From Nemertoderma westbladi (lineage: Eukaryota > Animalia > Xenacoelomorpha): a stretch of 64,000 bases of DNA. Positions 11,901 to 21,200 of the stretch are shown piece after piece. The stretch spans positions 1,827-65,826 of the forward strand of contig JAUCBJ010000459.1 in assembly GCA_032718475.1 (NCBI GenBank), given 5' to 3'. Each line of letters starts with the position of its first letter. Positions within the stretch are counted from its first letter, which is position 1. The translations under genes and the position numbers were made by a program. Below the pieces are notes generated by a model that was given only the letters and a program-made list of their open reading frames with translations, was not told the origin of the DNA and ran no database searches.

Positions 11901-13512
11901 ACTCAGGACTCAGAGTGGAAACATGGACAAAGTCCACATTTGATCTGATGTATGGGAAGCCCAGAAGATTATGAAGAATCTCTGGATATCCCATCTCCCG
12001 AGCTCTGATGCCACTCTTATTGCTATCCTTCATATCTGCCTGCTTCTTGAGATAATTAACCCCAGATATCTTTATCCCCTCTTGTTCAGTATGGGTGACC
12101 TTCACTGAGGTCATATTCTTTTGTCCGTCAATTTTAACTGCTCGCCGTTCTTCAGGACCCCCCAAGTACTTGGCACAATACGAAGTGCAAAACTTTGTAT
12201 CACAAGCCTGTACATTGGTGGATGATCTCATAGCAACCCAATACCTAGGTATCGTCGGTACCGCAAACTCATGACCACTAGCAGAATAAGTATGGCGACC
12301 TCCAATAAGATTTCTATGTGCCAATCGATTACCCTGATCATCTAATCTAAGAGACCCATCATCATTTCTTTGAAGAAGGTCTATAGATTCCAGATCATTG
12401 AGGGCATCATCGCTGTACATGTCAGTCTTAGGTTTAAAGCCATTATCCCAACTATCAACGTGACGAGGCATTCGGCAAAACGTATTTCCAGACTCGTCAA
12501 TACGTTTATGGCACCGACTGCCAGCTCGTTCGCAGTTATGCGTTTGCAGGTGCTTTAGGTTGAACAGCTGAGACCATTCGTCATCCTCAATGATTCCTTG
12601 CTCAACCAATTGAGGACGATCTGTCCCAAAGAAAGGAGATAACAAGTCAGTGGTTCGACAGCAAATCCTATCGCGTGTCTCCTCTACAGACTCTGGGTGG
12701 AGGGTTATTCCACCATGGATATGTAGCATATTTGCTACAGGGGATCCCTGGTCTTGAGCCTCCATTCGTGTCCATATATACTTCACATCACCAAAGGGTT
12801 TATCGATACCTCGCTCAATCCAATGGTGAAGGTGATCCGCGAAACGATTCCAACAGCGTGTGAATAAGGCAGTGTACTTCTCCATAGCTAACGCCAGCTT
12901 CCTGCCTTCCAGATGCTCATAGAGCTTCCGAACTGCATCATAAACTGGTGAAACCCCTGGAGTATGCGCATTATTACAGGTGGCTGTGAAAAAATAATTC
13001 CAGTAACCATACCGCAAAAGTGCACAAAGCTCCCTCACACGACGCCGTGATTCCATTTCGTCGAAACGTAAAATGGTATCTGAAGCACCAGATTGAAGCC
13101 TTTCCTCCCCCTCACAGACTTGTTCAAATCCCTTACGGAGTACAAGCTGAGCAGAAGTATGGTTCAATACTGAGTTCATGTACACATCAAACCAGTAATG
13201 AAGATAGGCTGGATCCTTTGATGAAAACAGCCGCTCATCATATGTCCTGATATGCATATGTTCCCGTAGGGATGCTATACCATAATTATGAGCATTGAAT
13301 GGAAGGCCATACAAGAATGATGGAATAGCACCAACGACGCTTCCATTAGCCTTCATGTACCAGAAGTTTCTTGGAAACAGTAATCCTTCAATGTACATAA
13401 GGGGCAAATGGATGCCAGGTGAACGGGAGGCAATATGGTACAGCACCTTATTTACATAGGCAGCTACCTTTACCCCCATAACCACGAGTACGTTTAAGTA
13501 TCTGAAGGCCAT
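8908..13512 (-). CDS. Helitron-like RepHel transposase C-terminal part: HUH Y2 Rep + Pif1-like SF1B helicase + SLX1-like GIY-YIG endonuclease
   Basis: Rep motifs YFFTATCN, EAQDQG...LHIHG, YCAKY; helicase GAPGVGKT (10762-10785), FEECGM, PFGG...GDHLQLEPV, RVQFPV...TVHGIQG, LISRVR; GIY-YIG FVYMLIS...YTGQT...RLQSH...PW...YGF...FETRW (~9110-9345). Confidence 0.9.
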   Translation of the reverse strand: MAFRYLNVLVVMGVKVAAYVNKVLYHIASRSPGIHLPLMYIEGLLFPRNFWYMKANGSVVGAIPSFLYGLPFNAHNYGIASLREHMHIRTYDERLFSSKDPAYLHYWFDVYMNSVLNHTSAQLVLRKGFEQVCEGEERLQSGASDTILRFDEMESRRRVRELCALLRYGYWNYFFTATCNNAHTPGVSPVYDAVRKLYEHLEGRKLALAMEKYTALFTRCWNRFADHLHHWIERGIDKPFGDVKYIWTRMEAQDQGSPVANMLHIHGGITLHPESVEETRDRICCRTTDLLSPFFGTDRPQLVEQGIIEDDEWSQLFNLKHLQTHNCERAGSRCHKRIDESGNTFCRMPRHVDSWDNGFKPKTDMYSDDALNDLESIDLLQRNDDGSLRLDDQGNRLAHRNLIGGRHTYSASGHEFAVPTIPRYWVAMRSSTNVQACDTKFCTSYCAKYLGGPEERRAVKIDGQKNMTSVKVTHTEQEGIKISGVNYLKKQADMKDSNKSGIRAREMGYPEILHNLLGFPYIRSNVDFVHVSTLSPEYRHGIVKQQTRDVHLGVLEAVQTRLMMPGLPEWRNFTNNQILTVNEMGKSDYIADGLTSFSVRAPELRIFDKLDIFYECFCVVGNAKNYHIDLDLKKCYWIDGNNHLWKLRPSGIPLAVEFLTRKATTGNVIARQLLDEVFLPISRGQLHKIFVSSLEKHKKPAIVVFSSVSPLQMGRFLFHLAYSLGSFETELDLLDVQDIRTTFKKASLISDDVIVPECEVTDLLKSYVMRDLHYQSIGSAQFQRYLHLSITGIRQFFAGDGLLYEAIPLFYEDSIRVQGTKEVERLEEISHDNLIEALYGQEGLILPDMADLARATRAHPLEWQPLLDVASGQTGESIAEQKNMLQVLVNAVDAYCHPSSTFVKSPWLVGAPGVGKTHVMLMGLAYSLSRGLNVQLTAITSERARLLGGVHLHLLMPFSVGRGSRSLTSTCLAQDCLLSLAKNPSKLAYLQRLNVIFFEECGMLSCEYLAAIDLVLRRICNTQRPFGGKLFIGCGDHLQLEPVDGRVVWLSTHFLTTFTVCVARHYVRSANDQELQYVINIMRRSNPSPNLIDEVIAILKRRCNFVDSWDDVPDDVLKVVGTRAAEQEVLQKYLNLHRNEPGTVVISGHDEVSSTASNTTSWKPTNTPSIISSITRSCREPMELVLFLNQILRFTYNQLSGQPQFSNGQLSVVKAVPADCDDFLELAVVPKGCRQIEEVESTWPVAKVKQRPCAPSSTGFGSNLLGRRVQFPVRYFGAGTVHGIQGQDAPSLATQISSDAKSKYRLWLKTQITTLISRVRYLNTFTFVGKMDEAFNCIRILLSMKSPNQDYIDQLLRRLNILIGPPQVPLMLEYHPFRPFFREIPGAQIGFVYMLISIRLPNVNYTGQTENLKMRLQSHQNKTGSEFTKNPVLHPWSLYAFIYGFPGDAKSKLNTDNRKGFETRWHHMAETGPAGGDMTKGRDQVYAMGVEIVRQYNAEFYVDAEGNAKRFELTMVKCQELIQDNLQAEIPMSQ

Positions 13513-16318
13513 TCTGACTGTTCAAAAGACAATGAGCAGATACCCTTCCAACATCATAAATAGGAATAGTGGCACCAGTTGCCAATCCTACTAATGGATA
13601 CTCATCGTCATCGTAGTCACCATCGTTTATCCCCACCACATAGTCTTCCATAGGAATAGCAGAATCATCAGTTTGAAAATCACCACCAAAAATTCTGCTT
13701 GCCCTATCTAGAGGATCCTCCACTTCCTCATCATCTGAGTCATCATCAGGACGGCGCTGATCGCCACCTACTTGTAGACCTCTCGAGTGTTGAATTTGAA
13801 CATTCCCCTGGTCATTGCAAGGACCAATAAGTATCTCAATCTCAGGTTGAACAATCACATCCTTCCAGTGACTAAGACACAAACCAACCTCACACTGATT
13901 TGCAGGAAACCCATAAGGGCACCGCCAGCGGATATTCTTACTCACACTAGTACCAGAGTGCGACTTAACACATAATCCATTATCCTCCCTAAAGTTTTCT
14001 CTACGGAGTAATGTTTTATGCTGGGAACACTTAACTTTACTTTGATCAGCGAAATTTGCAAGGAACAGATCGCGCTGTATTTCAGTAAGATTATAGCAGC
14101 CCTTCTTTACATAGATGTAAAGTTGCGCCTTCTTAATGGCACCCTCAGGATCATCTACCATAGGTGGCATCAGCTTATTTCCCTCATGTAAGAAGTGCTG
14201 GAATGAATGATCATCACTCCATCGAAAGATTCCTGACAACTTATCAAAGCTAACCGTCAAAGCAGCATGAAGGTAATAGCCACGTAACTGCAAAGGAAAT
14301 GGTTCCCCTCTGCCAGTATTATGTGGCTTGCTAAGGACATAAATGTCATCATTGATTATGTCATCAATACTATTAACCTCGATACAACCCGGAATAAGTT
14401 CTTCCAGCATTAGAGCTACTTGGCTGTCAACAGTTTGACGATGTAAACCAAGATCAATGTCCTCCTCTAATCGCTCAAGAACATGATAGGCATACATACG
14501 TCGCTGCTGTGCTGTGCAATACGTAGCATACACACCAAACTTCAGATACTTAAGAAGTGCCTTTTGGGCATCACTCTTAACTTCCAAAGACTGGAGGATA
14601 CTATGCATCACTCGGCAATGCATCACTGAAAATGATAGCATCTGTAGTCTAAGGCCGGTAGAGAAACCTGTCTCATTGTAAATACACCATGACCTTCTGC
14701 CGATAGCATTACAAGGTTGCATGATTGGCATTTCATCGAGACAGATATCCTTGAAAGAAAATCGACCTTCTTCGTTTTCTTCCGTTCCCTTATTCATAAT
14801 TCTTTCATGAAGCCTGTAGCAATCATACACATCCATGTATGTAGCTCCTTCCAAGGCTTCCTGAATGAAGTGTTGTTCCGGTGGTTTATAATACCCAGTG
14901 ACATGTTCAATATATCCAGGATCAAGATGGCGATGTCGTCCCTGTCGCATGAACTCTTTCACATCAGGGCGACATTCTAATGTGAGAGATTCAGCGTGGT
15001 ACAACTTGCCATCTCTGCGGGCTTCTTCAGGGAAATATTGGTGTACAGGATCAAGCTCGATATAGCACGATGACAACCCATTAGAATTTCCTTCAGCCCT
15101 TACAGTATGGAAACTGTTAGAATAAACACCATCACGTGGGCCACGCACTATATGAGGAGTTAAAGTGGCCATGGCAAACATGTCTGGGTGAATAATCGGG
15201 TCATCAGGAGATACAGGGTTGTTTGGGAGGTGGAAGATAAACTTGTTAGTTGACTTGTGCTTCTTGCATATCAAGATACCCAAGCCTTTACAAGTTACAA
15301 TCGTACCACCCATCGCTTCCCAATCGAGTTCCTTGAATGTATATGGCCAATCACTCCTGAAGGACCGTGCTTGATCTGGCTTAGCATTAAATACCTGTTT
15401 AATTGGGAAACGGCTCGCCAAGAAATGATGGAATGGAATGGGTCGGCATGCTTCCATATACTGGATACATCCCATACCACATACAACACTAGGAAAGCAA
15501 CCATTGTTCATCAAACTAGTAAACTTCCCTAAGTCGATTTCCTCCATCACTTCATGGTACTCTCTAAGATCCTTGGTAAAGTCCTTGAGAACAGTCTTCG
15601 TAGGACGAAGATCAAATTCATCAATGACAAACCTCCAGCTGTCCCTTAACTCTTCCGGCAGTAAATCAAGTAAGTTGATCGGATTACCCAAACCAGCAAC
15701 CCTATTTACTAGACCTGAATATATAAAGGATGGCCAGCCACTGGCCCAAACACCATGAGAACCCCTTCCTGCCAAATAGATGGAGCACTCCTTACAGAGC
15801 ACATACTCCTCCTTATTGGCACGGAGGAGCGAACCATATTCCCGATTAACTGCTTTCCTACTCATGCGTAACTCTAATGGATGTTCTGGAGTTTTAATGC
15901 GCCTGCAATTCACACAAACCTCCTCATTCTCGAGAATGACCACATTATCACATTGATAATCACCATCAACTTCCATTGCAACTTCGCCATCATTGTCTTC
16001 AACAACCACATCCACCTCTTCAACCATATCCTCATCACTTTCCTCACTCAGGTCAATATCGGGAAGATTCAAATGATCAATACGGATTGAGTCATATCGA
16101 AGGGCCTCCTCATCCTCTTCAAATGAAGACCAATCCATTCTATCATCAGATTCCCCAAATTCTCCTGCTTGGGGTTGGGATGTAGATGGTTGAGGTGGAG
16201 GTGGTTGCTGTTGTTCAACATGAGGTGATGTTGATGCAGTGGTTGTAGACAGTTGTGGGTGAGGAAGTGGTATTGCACTTGCACTCGAGAAGTTGGTTCC
16301 ACCCGGGTAACTCCACAT
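13448..16318 (-). CDS. Middle part of the same transposase: P/Q/acidic linker, Cys/His clusters (probable Zn fingers) and pre-Rep region; out of frame with both neighbours
   Basis: 956 stop-free codons; CVNC...CKEC, CGMGC, CKKH, CSQH...WRCP...CLSH; overlaps both flanking ORFs. Confidence 0.75.
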   Translation of the reverse strand: MWSYPGGTNFSSASAIPLPHPQLSTTTASTSPHVEQQQPPPPQPSTSQPQAGEFGESDDRMDWSSFEEDEEALRYDSIRIDHLNLPDIDLSEESDEDMVEEVDVVVEDNDGEVAMEVDGDYQCDNVVILENEEVCVNCRRIKTPEHPLELRMSRKAVNREYGSLLRANKEEYVLCKECSIYLAGRGSHGVWASGWPSFIYSGLVNRVAGLGNPINLLDLLPEELRDSWRFVIDEFDLRPTKTVLKDFTKDLREYHEVMEEIDLGKFTSLMNNGCFPSVVCGMGCIQYMEACRPIPFHHFLASRFPIKQVFNAKPDQARSFRSDWPYTFKELDWEAMGGTIVTCKGLGILICKKHKSTNKFIFHLPNNPVSPDDPIIHPDMFAMATLTPHIVRGPRDGVYSNSFHTVRAEGNSNGLSSCYIELDPVHQYFPEEARRDGKLYHAESLTLECRPDVKEFMRQGRHRHLDPGYIEHVTGYYKPPEQHFIQEALEGATYMDVYDCYRLHERIMNKGTEENEEGRFSFKDICLDEMPIMQPCNAIGRRSWCIYNETGFSTGLRLQMLSFSVMHCRVMHSILQSLEVKSDAQKALLKYLKFGVYATYCTAQQRRMYAYHVLERLEEDIDLGLHRQTVDSQVALMLEELIPGCIEVNSIDDIINDDIYVLSKPHNTGRGEPFPLQLRGYYLHAALTVSFDKLSGIFRWSDDHSFQHFLHEGNKLMPPMVDDPEGAIKKAQLYIYVKKGCYNLTEIQRDLFLANFADQSKVKCSQHKTLLRRENFREDNGLCVKSHSGTSVSKNIRWRCPYGFPANQCEVGLCLSHWKDVIVQPEIEILIGPCNDQGNVQIQHSRGLQVGGDQRRPDDDSDDEEVEDPLDRASRIFGGDFQTDDSAIPMEDYVVGINDGDYDDDEYPLVGLATGATIPIYDVGRVSAHCLLNSQNGLQILKRTRGYGGKGSCLCK

Positions 16319-16324
16319 AATGGC

Positions 16325-16956
16325 AATGGTCTAAAAGCATAATAATGCGCGCCAACATAATCATGGCCAATCAGGACATTGGGCATTTCTGGCACCCCAA
16401 CTTGTTCCATATGATTGCCAAACTCAGTAGTCAATACCACGAATAAACGTGAGTAAATTCTACCGAGGGCTTCAAGGACAATGGAGTTACCAAAAACCAC
16501 GTCATGAGATTGGTTTGTTAGCTGTGCGACAAATTCCGCAAAAGGCAGTTCATATGGCCCAGGAGCATACTTATCAGAAAATTCTTGAGAATGCTCCCGG
16601 AGATAGTCCCGCACTTTCTTTCTCATCAACAGAGGGGAATCAGTAATTCCTTGTGATGAGATACGGAATGCATTAAACATGCAATTTCCATCGCCACGTA
16701 CCCACACCAATTCCATATTGCGCTTTTCAGCCTCAACACGGAACCAAGCTGCTGCATTCGTCTGAATAGCCATTGATGAAACCCTCTGCGAGGATGAGCT
16801 TCTGGGCGTATCAGATGATGCAGTGGGTTGTGGTGCACCTCCAGTGGCTGGTACTGCAGATGACCTTGCAGTATCATAACCAGTAAACCGAGGTCCAGAA
16901 ACTACCGGTCTAATCCAGGGGGGTCTAATTGAACCTTGAAGGTTCAATCCTGTTGG
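16325..16956 (-). CDS. OTU-family cysteine protease (deubiquitinase-like) domain at the start of the large coding exon
   Basis: VRGDGNCMFNA (catalytic Cys) and GAHYYA (catalytic His); acceptor TTTTTTTATTTTAG precedes 16956, phase 0. Confidence 0.85.
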
Positions 16957-17310
16957 CTAAAATAAAAAAAATTCCATATATAATGAAGTACAATATTTTA
17001 CAATAATTTAAATCTATGTACAAATCTGACTTTAATTTAAAACTATAAACTAATTAATCAACATACTAGGTATGCAACAATATGACAAAGTCAATAGACA
17101 AAAGTAAAAAGGTAAAATTCAAAAGACAAAAGTCAATGGAACAAAAGTCCAAATACAAAATACATAAAATTATCTTATAATATAATAATTTCCAGATCCC
17201 CTTATATTTTATTACTCAATCTATAAAAATGTTTTAGAAAAAATAATATTCTATGTACATACTAGGCCTCATACCGAACTTATGATATTGATATAATGGA
17301 TTTAACTTAC

Positions 17311-17553
17311 TCTTACAGGAAAGCCCCCTCGATTTATACCACGTAGACCACTGGTGACATTTCGTGGAATGGTGTAACGGTGGGGTATAAACCGAGGGGG
17401 TGATCCCAAGGTTGGGTTTTCCACGGGGGGAGAAATGTTGCTTGAAGTCTCAGCACCGGAAGGGGGTGAGACGCTGGGGGGTGTGTTGGCTTCCCCATCT
17501 GTTGTTTCCATGGGTTCATCTGAAGCAGCACTGGTGGAACCCTCAACTCTCTC
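17311..17553 (-). CDS. Predicted internal coding exon (81 aa, S/P/T-rich: ERVEGSTSAASDEPMET...GGFPVR)
   Basis: Acceptor TACATAG at 17554, donor AGA|GTAAGT at 17310; phase 0 at both ends, in frame with the OTU exon. Confidence 0.7.
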
Positions 17554-17699
17554 CTATGTACAATATTTACCAATAATACCAATAATTTACCAATAATATT
17601 AACCAATAATATTCACCAATAATTACGTGGGACTTTATTTACTTAAATAATTACATACGACTTGATTCACCAAAATAGTTATGTGAGACTTGATTCACT

Positions 17700-18220
17700 G
17701 TACCAGTGTGTAGAGGTAGGGGAGGGGGGGGGGGGGGAATGATTCACTTAAGTTCATAATTGATGTGTAGAGGGAAGAGAGAGTGGGGGGGGGGGGCATA
17801 GGAATGATTCACTTAAGTTCACTATTGATGTGTAGAGGGAGGAGAGAGTGGGGGGGGGGGGGGGGTCCATAGGAATGATTCACTTAAGTTCACTATTGAT
17901 GTGTAGAGGAAAGAGAGTGGGGGGGGGGGGTGGTCCATAGGAATGATTCACTTTAAGTTCACTATTGACGTGAAGAGGGAAGAGAGAGTGGGGGGGGGGG
18001 TCCATAGGAATGACTCACTTAAGTTTACTATTGATGTGTAGAGGGAGGAGAGAGTGGGGGGGGGGGGGGGGGGGGGGTGGGGGTCCATAGGAATGATTCA
18101 ATTAAGTTCACTATTGATGTGTAGAGGGAAGAGAGAGTGGGGGGGGGGGGTCCATAGGAATGATTGACTTAAGTTCACTATTGATGTGTAGAGGGAAGAG
18201 AGAGTGGGGGGGGGGGGGCA
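17700..18220. repeat. ~62-bp G-rich tandem repeat (~8 copies) with poly-G tracts
   Basis: AGGAATGATTCACTTAAGTTCACTATTGATGTGTAGAGGGAAGAGAGAGT(G)n. Confidence 0.9.
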
Positions 18221-21200
18221 TCTGGGTGAACCATCTCTACAAGAGTGAACCATCTCTACAAGAGTGAACCATCTCTACAAGAGTGAACCATCTCTACCTG
18301 AGTGAACCATCTCTACCTGAGTGAACCATCTCTACCTGAGTGAACCATCTCTACCTGAGTGAACCATCTCTACCTGAGTGAACCAACTCTATCTGGGTGA
18401 ACCATCTCTACCTGAGTAAACAAACTCTACTCTGAGGTGAACCATCTCTACCTGAGTGAACCATCTCTACCTGAGTGAACCATCTCTACCTGAGTGAACC
18501 ATCTCTACCTGATGTGAACCATCTCTACCTGAGTGAACCATCTCTACCTGAGTGAACCATCTCTACCTGAGTGAACCATCTCTACCTGTGTGAACCATCT
18601 CTACCTGAGTGAACCAACTCTACTGGGTGAACCATCTCTACCTGAGTGAACCAACTCTACCTGGTGAACCATCTCTACCTGAGTGAACCAACTCTACCTG
18701 GGTGAACCATCTCTACCTGAGTGAACCAACTCTACCTGGGTGAACCATCTCTACCAGAGTGAACCATCTCTACCTGAGTGAACCATCTCTACCTGAGTGA
18801 ACCATCTCTACAAGAGTGAACCAACTCCTGGGTGAACCATCTCTACATGAGTGAACAAACTCACTGGGTGAACCATCTCTACATGAGTGAACCAACTCTG
18901 GGTGAACCATCTCTACATGAGTGAACCAATCTACTGGGTGAACCATCTCTACAAGAGTGAACAAACTCTGGGTGAACCATCTCTACAAGAGTGAACAAAC
19001 TCTGGGTGAACCATCTCTACATGAGTGAACAAACTCTACTGGTGAACCATCTCTACATGAGTGAACAAACTCTGTGTGAGCAATCTCTACAAGAGTGAAC
19101 AAACTCTGGGTGAACCATCTCTACATGAGTGAACAAACTCTGGGTGAACCATCTATACAAGAGTGAACAAACTCTGGGTGAACCATCTCTACATGAGTGA
19201 ACAAACTCCTGGGTGAACCATCTCTACAAGAGTGAACAAACTCTGGGTGAACCATCTCTACAAGATTGAACAAACTCTGGGTGAACCATCTCTACATGAG
19301 TGAACCAACTCTACTGGGTGAACCATCTCTACATGAGCGAACAAACTCTGGGTGAACAAACTCTGAGTGAACAAACTCTACTGAGTGAACCAACTCTGAG
19401 TGAACAAACTCTGAGTGAACAAACTCTGAGTGAACAAACTCTGAGTGAACCAACTCTGAGTGAACAAACTCTGAGTGAACCAACTCTGAGTGAACAAACT
19501 CTGAGTGAACAAACTCTGAGTGAACAAACTCTGAGTGAACCAACTCTGAGTGAACAAACTCTGAGTGAACCAACTCCTGAGTGAACCAACTCCTGAGTGA
19601 ACCAACTCTGAGGAACAAACTCTGAGTGAACCAACTCTACCTGAGTGAACCAACTCTACCTGAGTGAACCAACTCTACCTGAGTGAACCAACTCTACCTG
19701 AGTGAACCAACTCTACCTGAGTGAACCAACTCTACCTGAGTGAACCAACTCTACCTGAGTGAACAAACTCTACCTGAGTGAACAAACTCTACCTGAGTGA
19801 ACCAACTCTACCTGAGTGAACCAACTCTACCTGAGTGAACCAACTCTACCTGAGTGAACCAACTCTACCTGAGTGAACCAACTCTACCTGAGTGAACAAA
19901 CTCTACCTGAGTGAACCAACTCTACCTGAGTGAACCAACTCTACCTGAGTGAACCAACTCTACCTGAGTGAACCAACTCTACCTGAGTGAACCAACTCTA
20001 CCTGAGTGAACCAACTCTACCTGAGTGAACCAACTCTACCTGAGTGAACCAACTCTACCTGAGTGAACCAACTCTACCTGAGTGAACAAACTCTACCTGA
20101 GTGAACCAACTCTACCTGAGTGAACAAACTCTATCTGAGGTGAACCATCTCTACCAGAGTGAACCATCTGTGAGTAAACCAACTCTATCTAGGTGAACCA
20201 TATCTACCTGAGTGAACCATCTCTACCTGAGTAAACAAACTCTATCTGGGTGAACCATCTCTACCTGAGTGAACCATCTCTACCTGAGTGAACTATCTCT
20301 ACCTGAGTGAACCAACTCTATCTGGGTCAACCATCTCTACCAGAGTGAACCATCTCTACCAGACCAGAGTGAACCAACTCTATCTGGGTGAACCATCTCT
20401 AACTGAGTGAACCCTCTCTACCTGAGTGTACAAACTCTACCTGGGTGAACCATCTCTACCTGAGTGAACAAACTCTATCTGGGTGAACCATCTCTACCTG
20501 AGTAAACAAACTCTATTTGGGTAAACCATCTCTAACTGAGTGAACCATCTCTACCTGAGTGCTAGGTGAACCATCTCTACCTGTGTGAACCATCTCTACC
20601 TGTGTGAACCATCTCTACCAGAGTGAACCATCTCTACCTGTGTGAACCATCTCTACCAGAGTGAACCATCTCTACCTGAGTGAACCATCTCTACCTGAGT
20701 GAACCATCTCTACCTGTGTGAACCATCTCTACCTGAGTGAACCATCTCTACCTGTGTGAACCATCTCTACCTGAGTGAACCATCTCTACCTGTGTGAACC
20801 ATCTCTACCTGAGTGAACCATCTCTACCTGAGTGAACCATCTCTACCTGAGTGAACCATCTCTACAAGAGTGAACCATCTCTACCTGGGTGAACCATCTC
20901 TACAAGAGTGAACAAACTCTGGGTGAACCATCTCTACAAGAGTGAACAAACTCTGGGTGAACCATCTCTACAAGAGTGAACAAACTCTGGGTGAACCATC
21001 TCTACAAGAGTGAACAAACTCTGGGTGAACCATCTCTACAAGAGTGAACAAACTCTGGGTGAACCATCTCTACAAGAGTGAACAAACTCTGGGTGAACCA
21101 TCTCTACAAGAGTGAACAAACTCTAGGTGAACCATCTCTACAAGAGTGAACAAACTCTGTGTGAACAATCTCTACAAGAGTGAACAAACTCTGGGTGAAC

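Noticed and set aside
16069-16330. Canonical -1 slippery heptamer in the OTU/middle ORF overlap
   Set aside because: No in-frame X XXY YYZ with Y=A/U seen by eye
9028-16646. Short plus-strand and nested ORFs over the transposase
   Set aside because: Antisense or alternate-frame shadows without motifs
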